A stretch of DNA of 61,857 nt from IMG/VR virus record IMGVR_UViG_3300047462_000177; one strand, written 5' to 3'. A program made the translations under genes and the position numbers. Below are positions 42,980 through 51,931 of this stretch, one piece after another. The stretch is from a virus. The first letter of the stretch is position 1. The number at the start of each line of letters is the position of its first letter. The notes beneath the pieces are model-generated. The model was not told where the DNA came from, made no database searches, and saw only the letters and a list, made by a program, of their open reading frames with translations.

Positions 42980-43180
42980 TTAGTAGTCGAAGTCGTACCA
43001 GTAGTCGTGAGGTGCTGGATCATTGTAGTGTTTACAGTGATACCAAGCCACGTCATGCTGGTATTCGTACTCGTGGTCCTCACAGTGTTCAGGGCATATA
43101 GCACCAGAACCATCTGTGGGTGATATGTCACATTCCTTGCCACATACCTTGCACTTGAAATCTATTGGTGTTTCTGTCAT
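42980..43180 (-). CDS. small Cys/His-rich zinc-ribbon-like protein
   Basis: CKVCGKEC..CPEHCEDH. Confidence 0.45.
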   Translation of the reverse strand: MTETPIDFKCKVCGKECDISPTDGSGAICPEHCEDHEYEYQHDVAWYHCKHYNDPAPHDYWYDFDY

Positions 43181-43190
43181 CTAGTCTCCT

Positions 43191-43646
43191 CTAATATCCG
43201 GCTCGTACGGAGAGGCAGAGAATCTCTTGGTGTTCTTCTATCTTGGTGCCGTTGATGTCTTGCCACCTTGACACCCAAGCTTCGGTAAACCTCCATGGCT
43301 GGTAATCGAAGGTGAGCTTCCCAGGTATCACCTCCAACCACACGTCGTCCTTCTCTGTAGTTGCTGGCGCCTGGCTTACGGTTCCGGAATCCCACCTAGC
43401 CTTATTGTACCTTACCTCGTAGTGCTGAGTAGTAGTATTGAACCGTATCCCGTTATCGTTCAGTGGTCGTCCATCTGCGTAGCCACAGCAATGGTCACTA
43501 CTCTTATTGTAGGTATCCTGTATTGCTTGCTTGTCATCCTGTGTGATGATCCAATCAGGACTTCCTTCTGGTGGTGCTGCTGCTATCCCCCTCAATGGCA
43601 ACAGCCCCAGCATCAGTGTAGTTGCTAGCAGATTCCTTTCCATCAT
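43191..43646 (-). CDS. secreted protein of unknown function
   Basis: The N-terminus MMERNLLATTLMLGLLPLRGIAAAP looks like a signal peptide. Confidence 0.5.
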   Translation of the reverse strand: MMERNLLATTLMLGLLPLRGIAAAPPEGSPDWIITQDDKQAIQDTYNKSSDHCCGYADGRPLNDNGIRFNTTTQHYEVRYNKARWDSGTVSQAPATTEKDDVWLEVIPGKLTFDYQPWRFTEAWVSRWQDINGTKIEEHQEILCLSVRAGY

Positions 43647-43686
43647 TCGTAACTCCCCCGAGTTATGTGTGCGAGCCTGTGTTAAT

Positions 43687-43968
43687 CTAGTAGTCAGGTG
43701 GGTCTTGGGACTCCATGCTTAATTCCCACCTACTCCAAGGCATAGAGAACTGTTCCAGAGACATACCTTCACAGCCTATGATGCTGTAGATGATAGTAGG
43801 CGGGTAGTTATGTGCTCGTTCTTCCTCCTCTTCATTGTTGGGAGGAACAAAGCTTCTGATGTTTGTCCATCCCGTGACGACATAGGTGACGCCATTTCCT
43901 TTGTGGCGCCACCTGCTTCCCTTAGCAGGAACAATAGCATTCAAACCTGGTAGGCGGAAATACCTCAT
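43687..43968 (-). CDS. hypothetical protein
   Basis: The track ORF overlaps MazG. The ATG at 43968 (MRYFRLPG) directly follows the MazG stop; an alternative ATG lies at 43986. Confidence 0.4.
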   Translation of the reverse strand: MRYFRLPGLNAIVPAKGSRWRHKGNGVTYVVTGWTNIRSFVPPNNEEEEERAHNYPPTIIYSIIGCEGMSLEQFSMPWSRWELSMESQDPPDY

Positions 43969-43969
43969 C

Positions 43970-44539
43970 TCAAAACTGCTTTCCATGCTTCTGGGCTCGA
44001 GCTTCGAGGGTGTGGTCTTTACGCGATTGATTGTAGGCAAACTTAGCGGCATAAGCTTCACCAAGGCGTAGCTTGGCCGCTCTGGCAGTATCGAATAATC
44101 TGATGAGAACATCTGCGAGCTCCTCCTCCATAGCCGTGAACTCTGGAATCTTGTCGGACATCTGGTTGGTACGATGTCCTTCAAAGGCTTCGCTCAGTTC
44201 AGTGGTAATGAGCATCAGAAGTTCACCCACATTTCGTTCGACAGGCTTATGCTCTCCTGTCTCCTTGAAATGTTCGAGGTCTGACCACCAGCCCATAGCC
44301 ACGTTAGACACATGACACATCGCCATATGCTGGTCGATAGAATAGGCTGCTCCTCTGATGCTCATGTCATAGGCTAGATTGAGCTTGTAAGCCAGAGCAT
44401 CTTCACGTGTATACGCTGGACTAACTGTGTTAGGCATGGCTGATATTCCTTGGTGTACGTTAAACGGGAGGTCCGTGCAAGGGCGAAGCCTAGCGTTCCG
44501 CTGTTTTTTAGTTAGCCTGAATTGGTCGCCAGCGGCCAC
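43970..44539 (-). CDS. mazG: MazG-like nucleoside triphosphate pyrophosphohydrolase
   Basis: ELLMLITTELSEAFEGHR..EELADVLIRLFD contains the EExxE/D motifs. Confidence 0.75.
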   Translation of the reverse strand: MAAGDQFRLTKKQRNARLRPCTDLPFNVHQGISAMPNTVSPAYTREDALAYKLNLAYDMSIRGAAYSIDQHMAMCHVSNVAMGWWSDLEHFKETGEHKPVERNVGELLMLITTELSEAFEGHRTNQMSDKIPEFTAMEEELADVLIRLFDTARAAKLRLGEAYAAKFAYNQSRKDHTLEARAQKHGKQF

Positions 44540-44828
44540 AAGTGAAGCTGGAGTGAACCTTAGGCCAGCCAGAGTGCTCCATCACAGCGGGACCTTGACT
44601 AGGACGTTGAGGAGGTAGTAGGAAGAACGCTACTGTGGGTGAGCTCTCACGACACTCTCGCATGTTGATGTCGGCAGGAAAGCCAGGAAATCCTTTGACT
44701 GCATAGGCATTAGCACACAAGCCACAGGACTTCTGTGGAATGAGTTCAGGTTCATCAGCCAGGTCAGACTGCCTCTTGCTGAAGAAGTCCGGAGGGATGA
44801 TATTGCTAAGGTCATCATTCGAAGCCAT
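44508..44828 (-). CDS. hypothetical protein
   Basis: 106-aa ORF that overlaps the MazG start by 32 nt. Confidence 0.4.
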   Translation of the reverse strand: MASNDDLSNIIPPDFFSKRQSDLADEPELIPQKSCGLCANAYAVKGFPGFPADINMRECRESSPTVAFFLLPPQRPSQGPAVMEHSGWPKVHSSFTCGRWRPIQAN

Positions 44829-44876
44829 GGTGTGTTCCGATCAAGGTTGGTTTAGTTTAGGTGGTATGTTTAGGGG

Positions 44877-47546
44877 TTATTCACTATCCGCATCTGCAAG
44901 CGGTACAAAACCAAACGCAGTGAGGCCGTCGGAGGGATCCCAGTCATTGTCAAGATCCTCCGTATCTCCTTCGTTGCTTGTTCCACCGTCACTGGGGAAG
45001 ATGATGGGTGGTTGTTGCAGCGTAGGCTTAGACGCCAGTAGGCTAGTGTTGCGTCGTAAATCGTTGAGTAGGTCAACAACCCTTTGTGAGGGCCTGAACC
45101 TGGTATCAGGGTCATTAGATTCTGGCTCATAGTTGTATGGCTCCTTGCGATAGATTCCCCAACGCTTACCTACGTCACCCTCAGCCTTGAATGGGACAGC
45201 TTTGAGACCCCATTCAGGAGCTATGGATTCCATGCATTGCTCTATGACCCACTTAGCCCACGCTATTACTTCTGGGATATCCGGACACTCGAACATAGCC
45301 TCATCGTGGACTGCATTCACCGGATAGATACCCCAGAAGTCTAGTATCTCTGCCGCCTTGGCTGCTCCTAGACCGCAGATCTCAGATGCAATGGATTGAT
45401 GAGGGAAATTGGATGCCTCATTCTGCAACGCGCTGAGATTCTCCCTTGTGACGATCATATGCCTTTTCTTGCGGCCAAAAGGTGTGACTAATGTAGTCCC
45501 TGTAATAGGAGCGGCTCGGCACCTATCGATGAATGCCTTTGCCTTAGGTGATCGCTTGAACCACCTGTCAATCCACTTCTGAGCTTCCTGCACTGGGAGC
45601 TTATACTCGTCCGCAAGGCTCTCCGCCGTACGGCCATACACGACGCCGAAGTTAACGGCTTTTGCACGGATAAGCTCCTCACCACCTTGATGGCTTTTCT
45701 TGCCCCCGCGTGCTTTCCAACCGGGATAGAATTCTTCAGCTGTTTCAGAATGCAGTGAGCGGGTGTTTGAACAATATACCTCGAGGAGATAGTCATCAAG
45801 GCTGGTACAAGCGAGAGATCTCAGCTCTGCCTGATTTAAGTCTACCTTGATAAACACATACCCAGGGGAGGCACAATACATTCCACGCAGTGCAGTATCT
45901 CGTGGGATGTTTTGCATATTCGGACCACGGCTACTGAGCCTACCCGTCCTGGTTCCGTGAATGAGATAGGTACTATGAACACGTCCGTCAACGTTGACAT
46001 TCTTCTTGAGAGAGTCGACATATGTGCTCTTTGCTTTCTGTGCTCTTCTGTAATCCTGCAATGCTGTCAGTACAGGGTGTTTGGGAAGGCTAGCCAGAAC
46101 TTCTTTACCAGTGCTGCGACTCCCAGCTCTGGGAGGTACGAACTTGAGGACGTCCCACAGGAGGTGTGCAAGCTGCTTAGGCGATCCTGGGTTAATATCA
46201 GTTCCACCAACTCTTCGAACAATTTCCTGGAGGCGTTTGTTAGCGTCCTCGATTCGTGCTTGTAGGACTCTTGCTTGCCGCTCAACTCTATTGGGACAGA
46301 CTGTGATGCCCCGCTTCTCGATCTTGTACAGGTACTCTGATGCTGTGAGGAGAACACGGGTGTAAAGGGTATCCAGTCGGCTATCAGATCGCACCTGTTC
46401 TCTAAGCGGATTAAATATCTGCCTGGTGTTAGATGTATCAAGGGCGAGGTAGTGGTAAAGAATGTGTCGAGGAATGACTCGATAAGAGGTGCTCCTCCTG
46501 GGTAGATACGGCTTAAGCATGTGCTTGTAATCAGGTGCCCCAATAAGGTCTCCTGATACCTGCTCCAAGTCATGGATACCTCCTACCTCATCTAAGGTAT
46601 AGCTGAGCAGCATCGTGTCTTCATCAACCCTACTGTGAGGGGTAATATGATGGCGCATGAAGCGCATATCAAATTTGCCATTATGCCAAATGAATTGGGG
46701 ACCTTTATTGATGAAGATCTCCGCTGTCGTAGTAGGATATCTACTGGCAACCTCACCAGGTATGATGTACACCTCTTCGGGGTCTGCACATAAACCTATG
46801 GCAAGGACTTCATCTGTCAGGTGATTGAAACCTGCAGTCTCCGTATCAGCTGCAATGTATGGCTTATCTTTGAGCGTGTTGTAGATCTCCCAGAGGTCAT
46901 CTTCTGTGTCTGCAATGTACCAAGTAGGGACTATTGGCTTCTTGGGAGGTGTACCACGTAGGAGATCAAAAGCATAGGTGAGATCATTTCGGAATTGTCT
47001 GTAGTTTCCCGTACCCCTTAAGAGTGCAGCTGGATGGACGATGGGGAGTACCCCAATACTTGCATGTGGCGATTGTACGAGCATACCACGTACCTGGGTG
47101 ATCTTCAGGTTTGAGTTACCTAACACCACACGTGATGCATGGTTCCCCATAGTCACGATCACTTTCCGAGGATGTCGTGTCAACTGAGAGAATAACCTTG
47201 AGCGGCATACATCTGCTCCTGTTGACACTAAGGCTGTGTTCTTCTTGGCATCCTTAGTGGATGGTGGGCGGCACTGCAAAGTGTTTAGCACTAAGATGTC
47301 GTTCTCAGGGGAGATCCCCCAAGACCTTAACTCAGTTGGGAGTGATCGCCAGAACAGGTCACCAGATGGGCCCGTTAAAGCCCACCTACTGTTCAGCTCT
47401 TGGATACCAGGGGCCTCACCTACAAAGACAATCGGAGCCTCAGGATTCCCTCTGCTGCCGCATTTAGGTCCCCCGTACGGACAAGATGGGCATGCTCCTA
47501 GGTTGCTGGGGTGGTTCGGTTTCGGCCCTGCTAACAATCCACCCAT
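44877..47546 (-). CDS. DNA polymerase I family A with 3'-5' exonuclease and an N-terminal family-4 UDG-like domain
   Basis: UDG block: CPSCPYGGPKCGS..FVGEAPG..LNTLQCRPP. Exo I: ADTETAGF. Pol motif A: DLNQAELR. Motif B: RAKAVNFGVVYG. Motif C: VHDEAMFE. Confidence 0.85.
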   Translation of the reverse strand: MGGLLAGPKPNHPSNLGACPSCPYGGPKCGSRGNPEAPIVFVGEAPGIQELNSRWALTGPSGDLFWRSLPTELRSWGISPENDILVLNTLQCRPPSTKDAKKNTALVSTGADVCRSRLFSQLTRHPRKVIVTMGNHASRVVLGNSNLKITQVRGMLVQSPHASIGVLPIVHPAALLRGTGNYRQFRNDLTYAFDLLRGTPPKKPIVPTWYIADTEDDLWEIYNTLKDKPYIAADTETAGFNHLTDEVLAIGLCADPEEVYIIPGEVASRYPTTTAEIFINKGPQFIWHNGKFDMRFMRHHITPHSRVDEDTMLLSYTLDEVGGIHDLEQVSGDLIGAPDYKHMLKPYLPRRSTSYRVIPRHILYHYLALDTSNTRQIFNPLREQVRSDSRLDTLYTRVLLTASEYLYKIEKRGITVCPNRVERQARVLQARIEDANKRLQEIVRRVGGTDINPGSPKQLAHLLWDVLKFVPPRAGSRSTGKEVLASLPKHPVLTALQDYRRAQKAKSTYVDSLKKNVNVDGRVHSTYLIHGTRTGRLSSRGPNMQNIPRDTALRGMYCASPGYVFIKVDLNQAELRSLACTSLDDYLLEVYCSNTRSLHSETAEEFYPGWKARGGKKSHQGGEELIRAKAVNFGVVYGRTAESLADEYKLPVQEAQKWIDRWFKRSPKAKAFIDRCRAAPITGTTLVTPFGRKKRHMIVTRENLSALQNEASNFPHQSIASEICGLGAAKAAEILDFWGIYPVNAVHDEAMFECPDIPEVIAWAKWVIEQCMESIAPEWGLKAVPFKAEGDVGKRWGIYRKEPYNYEPESNDPDTRFRPSQRVVDLLNDLRRNTSLLASKPTLQQPPIIFPSDGGTSNEGDTEDLDNDWDPSDGLTAFGFVPLADADSE

Positions 47547-47571
47547 ATTTCGTCTGCCTCACTTGCCTCAC

Positions 47572-47823
47572 TTACCTATCGAACTTAGCTTGCTTCAGGC
47601 TTTGGATGCTGTTGGAGACCTCACCCATTCGGGCTTCCTGTCGATGTACCTCTTCATGGGATAGGGTTCCCATGGCAATGAACTTGTTGATCATCGCACC
47701 GAGTACCTGCTCCATGGTCTCGAGGATACCTGTCATCTGCAGTATGAGTATTTCCTGTTGAGCTAGGTCTTTCTTGACCTTATTCAGTTCATCCAACGTA
47801 GCGTAGCCGATGACTTCGATCAT
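47572..47823 (-). CDS. hypothetical coiled-coil protein
   Basis: 83-aa ORF between the DpdA-like gene and PolA. Confidence 0.5.
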   Translation of the reverse strand: MIEVIGYATLDELNKVKKDLAQQEILILQMTGILETMEQVLGAMINKFIAMGTLSHEEVHRQEARMGEVSNSIQSLKQAKFDR

Positions 47824-47824
47824 G

Positions 47825-48622
47825 TTAGATCTCCAGGATCCAATTACGGATCAGTGAAAGGTTGGCAATAGTTTCAGACGTGATGACACTTGGGACATCT
47901 TCCCACCAGGTCTTACCCCTCTTGCTGTGCGGCCCTAGAGGGTGCCTGTACATAAGTCTCCTTTCTTGTCCTTCTCTGATAGGTGCGGCACTGTCGATAC
48001 CCATCACACCGAGCTTCTTGGCACAGGTGATATCATCCTGGAAGTTGTCTGAGAACCCCAAGAGGTGAATGAATCTTTCATGTGCCCCGAACTCTTTACG
48101 CATGGTAACGTAAAGCCAGTTCAGGAAATCTTTTCGAGTTCCCAGCATGTCGGTGACGAAGCGACCGACGCCCCAGTACTCCACACCGGGCATGTGTGAG
48201 AGCTCCCAGGCACACTCCCTTAACTCTGCCAAGGTGTTGCCTTGAGGTACAGCCATGAACTTTTGACCCCGAGCTAGATAGGGTTCATAGGTGTTGGCAT
48301 ACTCGCAAGCCAGTTCGATTGTCTTGTCCTTGTTACGTATGACGTCAGGTAGGACAATAATCTGAGCCTCTACAATGTTGAGAGCCTTATGCATGACGTC
48401 AGGCTCGACAGGATACCCAAGTTCAATGATCGAGTTATCCATGATGACCAGAGAGTTAGGTGGAAGCAAACCCCTGTAGCTTGTTGGATTCGCTGCCACA
48501 TCATGTGCCAGAAGCAGATGATATGATCCCGCGATACCTACACCCCAAGACTTGAGGGCGCCTAGAACATGGGGAGGGCATACAGGAGCATACCTCGGAA
48601 AGTTAGGAATCTGTATGGACAT
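47825..48622 (-). CDS. dpdA: DpdA-like DNA-guanine transglycosylase (TGT superfamily)
   Basis: Blocks VIMDNSIIELG, AVPQG, IHLLGF and GIDSAAPI, plus synteny with folE-queE-queD-queC. Confidence 0.65.
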   Translation of the reverse strand: MSIQIPNFPRYAPVCPPHVLGALKSWGVGIAGSYHLLLAHDVAANPTSYRGLLPPNSLVIMDNSIIELGYPVEPDVMHKALNIVEAQIIVLPDVIRNKDKTIELACEYANTYEPYLARGQKFMAVPQGNTLAELRECAWELSHMPGVEYWGVGRFVTDMLGTRKDFLNWLYVTMRKEFGAHERFIHLLGFSDNFQDDITCAKKLGVMGIDSAAPIREGQERRLMYRHPLGPHSKRGKTWWEDVPSVITSETIANLSLIRNWILEI

Positions 48623-48896
48623 GCCCTTGTGCCGCCTTCTCTTCTTTACGCATTTCAGGTTTGGTCATGGTCTGGGTCTGGGTCTCATGCTTGTCGGCTA
48701 TGTCGAGCATCTCCAGATGCTTCTTGTCGACGATGGAGAACCTGGCATTGATGGCGAGGTCGGAATTATCCATTGCAATCTGGTGGTGATGCAATGTGAC
48801 AACGCCTGCCTCTAGAAGGTCGGCTACATGCCTAAGCCAACCTTGGACATTGAAGACAGGCAGTGCTCTGAGAGCACTCCTCTGGTTTGGAGTCAT
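48603..48896 (-). CDS. hypothetical protein embedded in the deazaguanine cluster
   Basis: 97-aa ORF that overlaps the dpdA-like start by 20 nt. Confidence 0.45.
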   Translation of the reverse strand: MTPNQRSALRALPVFNVQGWLRHVADLLEAGVVTLHHHQIAMDNSDLAINARFSIVDKKHLEMLDIADKHETQTQTMTKPEMRKEEKAAQGHVHTDS

Positions 48897-48920
48897 AGAG
48901 TCTTGCCTTTATTGTGTCTT

Positions 48921-49658
48921 CTACTTGATGCCGGCTACGGCAAAGAATTCCGATCGTGCTGATGGCACATCTCGGAAGAGTCCTCGCACGCAAGATGTGG
49001 AGGTCAGGGTGTCAGGAGTATACACACCTCGACAGGCCATACAGGTATGTAGGCTCTTGATCACTGTTATAGTTCCGTTGGCATCTGTGTAGTCATGTAG
49101 TACGTCTGTTATCTCTTCGCAGAAGATTTCCTGCATGCCTGGACGTGATGTACCAACTGCTTGTACAAGGCGGGCAATCTTGGAGAGGCCGACAACTTTG
49201 CCCCTAGGTATATAACCAACGCAAGCGTGACCCACAGCAGGAAGAAGGTGATGTTCACAGATCATCCTAAAAGGTATGTTGCTTTGTACGATGACGCCTC
49301 CGATGTTCTCAGCCTTAGTTCCCTCGAAGAGGTCTCCTAAGACATCCTTCGGAGTGTAAGGCTTGTTGAACTCAGCTAGGTACTTGAGGAACCTCAGAGG
49401 TGTCTTAGCTTGCGCATCATCAGATTCCCAACCATACATGATGTTCAGCACATGAGCCATGGCATCTACAGCTATCTGCTTCACGCCAGGTACAGGCTCG
49501 TAGTCCGGATTGAGCCCGTCGGCTTCGGCTTCGGCTTCGGCTTCGGCTTCGAGTTCAGTTGGAATGGGAGCTACAGGTGTTGGCTTTCCTTTTTTCCTGT
49601 ATCTGTGGTGACTATTGAAAGCCTGTGCAGGTGTTATCTTACTTGAGGATTTACGCAT
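48921..49658 (-). CDS. folE: GTP cyclohydrolase I
   Basis: ICEHHLLPAVGHACVGYIP..VVGLSKIARLV. The N-terminal extension contains (EA)x5, encoded by (cggctt)x5 at 49520-49549. Confidence 0.85.
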   Translation of the reverse strand: MRKSSSKITPAQAFNSHHRYRKKGKPTPVAPIPTELEAEAEAEAEADGLNPDYEPVPGVKQIAVDAMAHVLNIMYGWESDDAQAKTPLRFLKYLAEFNKPYTPKDVLGDLFEGTKAENIGGVIVQSNIPFRMICEHHLLPAVGHACVGYIPRGKVVGLSKIARLVQAVGTSRPGMQEIFCEEITDVLHDYTDANGTITVIKSLHTCMACRGVYTPDTLTSTSCVRGLFRDVPSARSEFFAVAGIK

Positions 49659-49663
49659 ATCTG

Positions 49664-50431
49664 TTAGACTCCCAACTTGTGACCATACAGCATGGCGTGC
49701 ATTTGCGGAAGGATGGAGACATTAGCAAGGCCATACTTCTGAGCCTCTTCGATCAGCCAGCGATACCTGGTAAGGATCTTGCTAGCTAACACATCACTGT
49801 CAGTCTCGCCGTTATTCTGTGTACCTACTGACAGGAAGAAGTTGACCCTAGGATAGTCAGCATGTAGTTGAGTTGCCCACTCAAGATCTTCAAGATCCAT
49901 TATCACCACCTTGAGGCTAATGCGAGGGGGTGCAATGAGAGATGAGTAGGCTGAGAGCATGTCGCGGTCAAGTTTCTCAGCCATGCCACTGCTTGGTGGC
50001 TTGGGAGAGACTGTGACACTATCGCAGTTGATAAGCCACTGCTTGAAGAACTGCCCCTGTGTCTCGATGGCTACCCGAAAGCCCTCATAGTGAAGTCTAT
50101 CGATCAGCGGTGAGAGCTCATACATCACAGGATCACCACCAGAGATAGTTACCCACTTGGCTCCAGTGTGGGGGCTTCCAAGTTGCAAGAGGGCATCCGT
50201 GATCTGAGTAACTGCTAGGCGCTTGGCGTTCTTCTTCACCTCTTCAGGGAGGACTGCGTGGAGGCTGTCACACCAGTCACACCTGTACCCGCATCCTCCC
50301 AGACGTAGGAAATGGGTAACACGGCCTATCATTGCTCCCTCACCCTGAATAACAGGACCAAATATCTCAATGACAGGCAGCCGTTTGTCTTCGGCTATGT
50401 ACTCGTAAGATACTTTAGCATCGGTAGTCAT
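49664..50431 (-). CDS. queE: 7-carboxy-7-deazaguanine synthase (radical SAM)
   Basis: VIQGEGAMIGRVTHFLRLGGCGYRCDWCDS. Confidence 0.85.
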   Translation of the reverse strand: MTTDAKVSYEYIAEDKRLPVIEIFGPVIQGEGAMIGRVTHFLRLGGCGYRCDWCDSLHAVLPEEVKKNAKRLAVTQITDALLQLGSPHTGAKWVTISGGDPVMYELSPLIDRLHYEGFRVAIETQGQFFKQWLINCDSVTVSPKPPSSGMAEKLDRDMLSAYSSLIAPPRISLKVVIMDLEDLEWATQLHADYPRVNFFLSVGTQNNGETDSDVLASKILTRYRWLIEEAQKYGLANVSILPQMHAMLYGHKLGV

Positions 50432-50952
50432 TGTGGGTACCTCGCAGAGCAGTTAGGTGTCTCGAAGACCTCGACCTCACTCAGCTCTGCAAGGCCTTGA
50501 CTCAGCTCATGGACTCTATCTACCATCAGCTTAAACCAGAACTCTGCAAGGCGTTCAGCTGTAGGAATGAAAGGCACAACGAGAACCTTTGTCTGATTTC
50601 TGTCGCGGTTTTCGTTTACTAGGCAGTAGATCATGGGTTCCCGCTTCACTGTGTGGATAACCATGTCACGGTACTGTTTAGCTGGTATCATGACATGCAG
50701 TAGTGGATCATCAACCCATACCACAGTTCCATGATCACATAGGTCATCACAGTACTCCATCATGACATGCTTGAGGAAGCCGAAGTCTAGAACCATATCA
50801 GTCTGGAATCCTTCTCTGTGTAGTTCTGATGACTTGCACGTGGCATTGATCGTGTATCGATGTCCATGCCAGTTCCAGCACTTCGAGCCATGTGTAGGCA
50901 CACGATGACCAACATCGATGCCTATTTGTCTCGTAATCGAAAAGCCTCCCAT
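50428..50952 (-). CDS. queD: 6-carboxy-5,6,7,8-tetrahydropterin synthase
   Basis: GHRVPTHGSKCWNWHGHRY (H..C..HGH). Confidence 0.8.
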   Translation of the reverse strand: MGGFSITRQIGIDVGHRVPTHGSKCWNWHGHRYTINATCKSSELHREGFQTDMVLDFGFLKHVMMEYCDDLCDHGTVVWVDDPLLHVMIPAKQYRDMVIHTVKREPMIYCLVNENRDRNQTKVLVVPFIPTAERLAEFWFKLMVDRVHELSQGLAELSEVEVFETPNCSARYPQ

Positions 50953-50979
50953 CGTATCAACCTTTCTCCTCGAATTTGA

Positions 50980-51837
50980 TTAGAATGGTATGGTATCATT
51001 TCCCATGTCTGTGCCGTGATCTGGTTTGAGCCCTCGCTGGACAAAGGCTTTTGGCTCATCAACCATGTAATCTGGGGCTGGTGTTGTATAAGTACCGTGA
51101 AGTGATCCGTGAGACACTAGGAGACCATCTTCATATGTGGTAGGATCCGGTAGTTGCGCTAGCTGGAAGGCTTCTTTGCGAGCACGGCATGTAGGGCAAG
51201 TGCCGCAGTGTTTCTCTTTCCCGTCATAGCAGCTCCACGTTAGATCGTAAGGCAGTCCCAACTTGGAGCCAATCTCGACGATAGACTTCTTCTCCATATG
51301 GGTGAATGGGGTGATGAGCCTCACGCGACGATAGGTGCCGAGGTGGATAGCAGACGCCATGACACCTATGAACTCGGGGGTACAGTCTGGATAGGCATCT
51401 CGAGCTGCATCATCAGCATGGGCGCCGAACCAGATAGAGGCTTTTGCGTTGATCCCCAGCTTATCTTGTTCCATGATCCAGCCCTGTGCAATGCCTGCGA
51501 TTCGTGACAGAAGCTGTCCATTCCTGAAGGGAACGTACGTAGGCGAGATGCCTTCTGGCAACTCAGCATAAGTCGAACTTGGAAGCTTGATACTTGGATC
51601 TGTGAGCATGCTCTTCGGTGGATATGCCATCGAGACTGTCTCATGGCTGACACCGAAGAAGTCACAGAGTTTCTGTGCGAACTCCGTTTCTTTCTTGTGT
51701 CTTTGTCCGTAGTCGACAGAGATGCTCACGACATCATGCCAGATACCCTCTGAATAAGCTTCAGCTCTCGCCATAGCAAGGGCTGTCGAACTATCAACAC
51801 CCCCACTATGTAAAACGAATGACCGGTGCAAATCCAT
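50980..51837 (-). CDS. queC: 7-cyano-7-deazaguanine synthase with a C-terminal extension of about 55 aa
   Basis: VLHSGGVDSSTAL PP-loop and the zinc site CYDGKEKHCGTCPTCRARKEAF. Confidence 0.85.
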   Translation of the reverse strand: MDLHRSFVLHSGGVDSSTALAMARAEAYSEGIWHDVVSISVDYGQRHKKETEFAQKLCDFFGVSHETVSMAYPPKSMLTDPSIKLPSSTYAELPEGISPTYVPFRNGQLLSRIAGIAQGWIMEQDKLGINAKASIWFGAHADDAARDAYPDCTPEFIGVMASAIHLGTYRRVRLITPFTHMEKKSIVEIGSKLGLPYDLTWSCYDGKEKHCGTCPTCRARKEAFQLAQLPDPTTYEDGLLVSHGSLHGTYTTPAPDYMVDEPKAFVQRGLKPDHGTDMGNDTIPF

Positions 51838-51881
51838 TACCTTCTCCTTTTCCTTCTCTGGGTGTGAAGCCTGAAGTCGAA

Positions 51882-51931
51882 CCTAACCTAACCTAACCTA
51901 ACCTAACCTAACCTAAGCTAACCTAACCTAG
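51882..51931. repeat. pentanucleotide array (cctaa)x10, which reads (TTAGG)n on the coding strand
   Basis: Lies in the 222-nt gap between the DUF669 SSB stop and the queC start. Unit 8 is gctaa and unit 10 is cctag. Confidence 0.9.

Noticed and set aside
51882-51931. Telomere-like (TTAGG)n and (TTAGC)n arrays as telomeres of a linear plasmid-prophage.
   Set aside because: The arrays are internal and single, not at the sequence ends. No protelomerase or terminal-protein gene is present, and the genome closes into a circle through an ORF.
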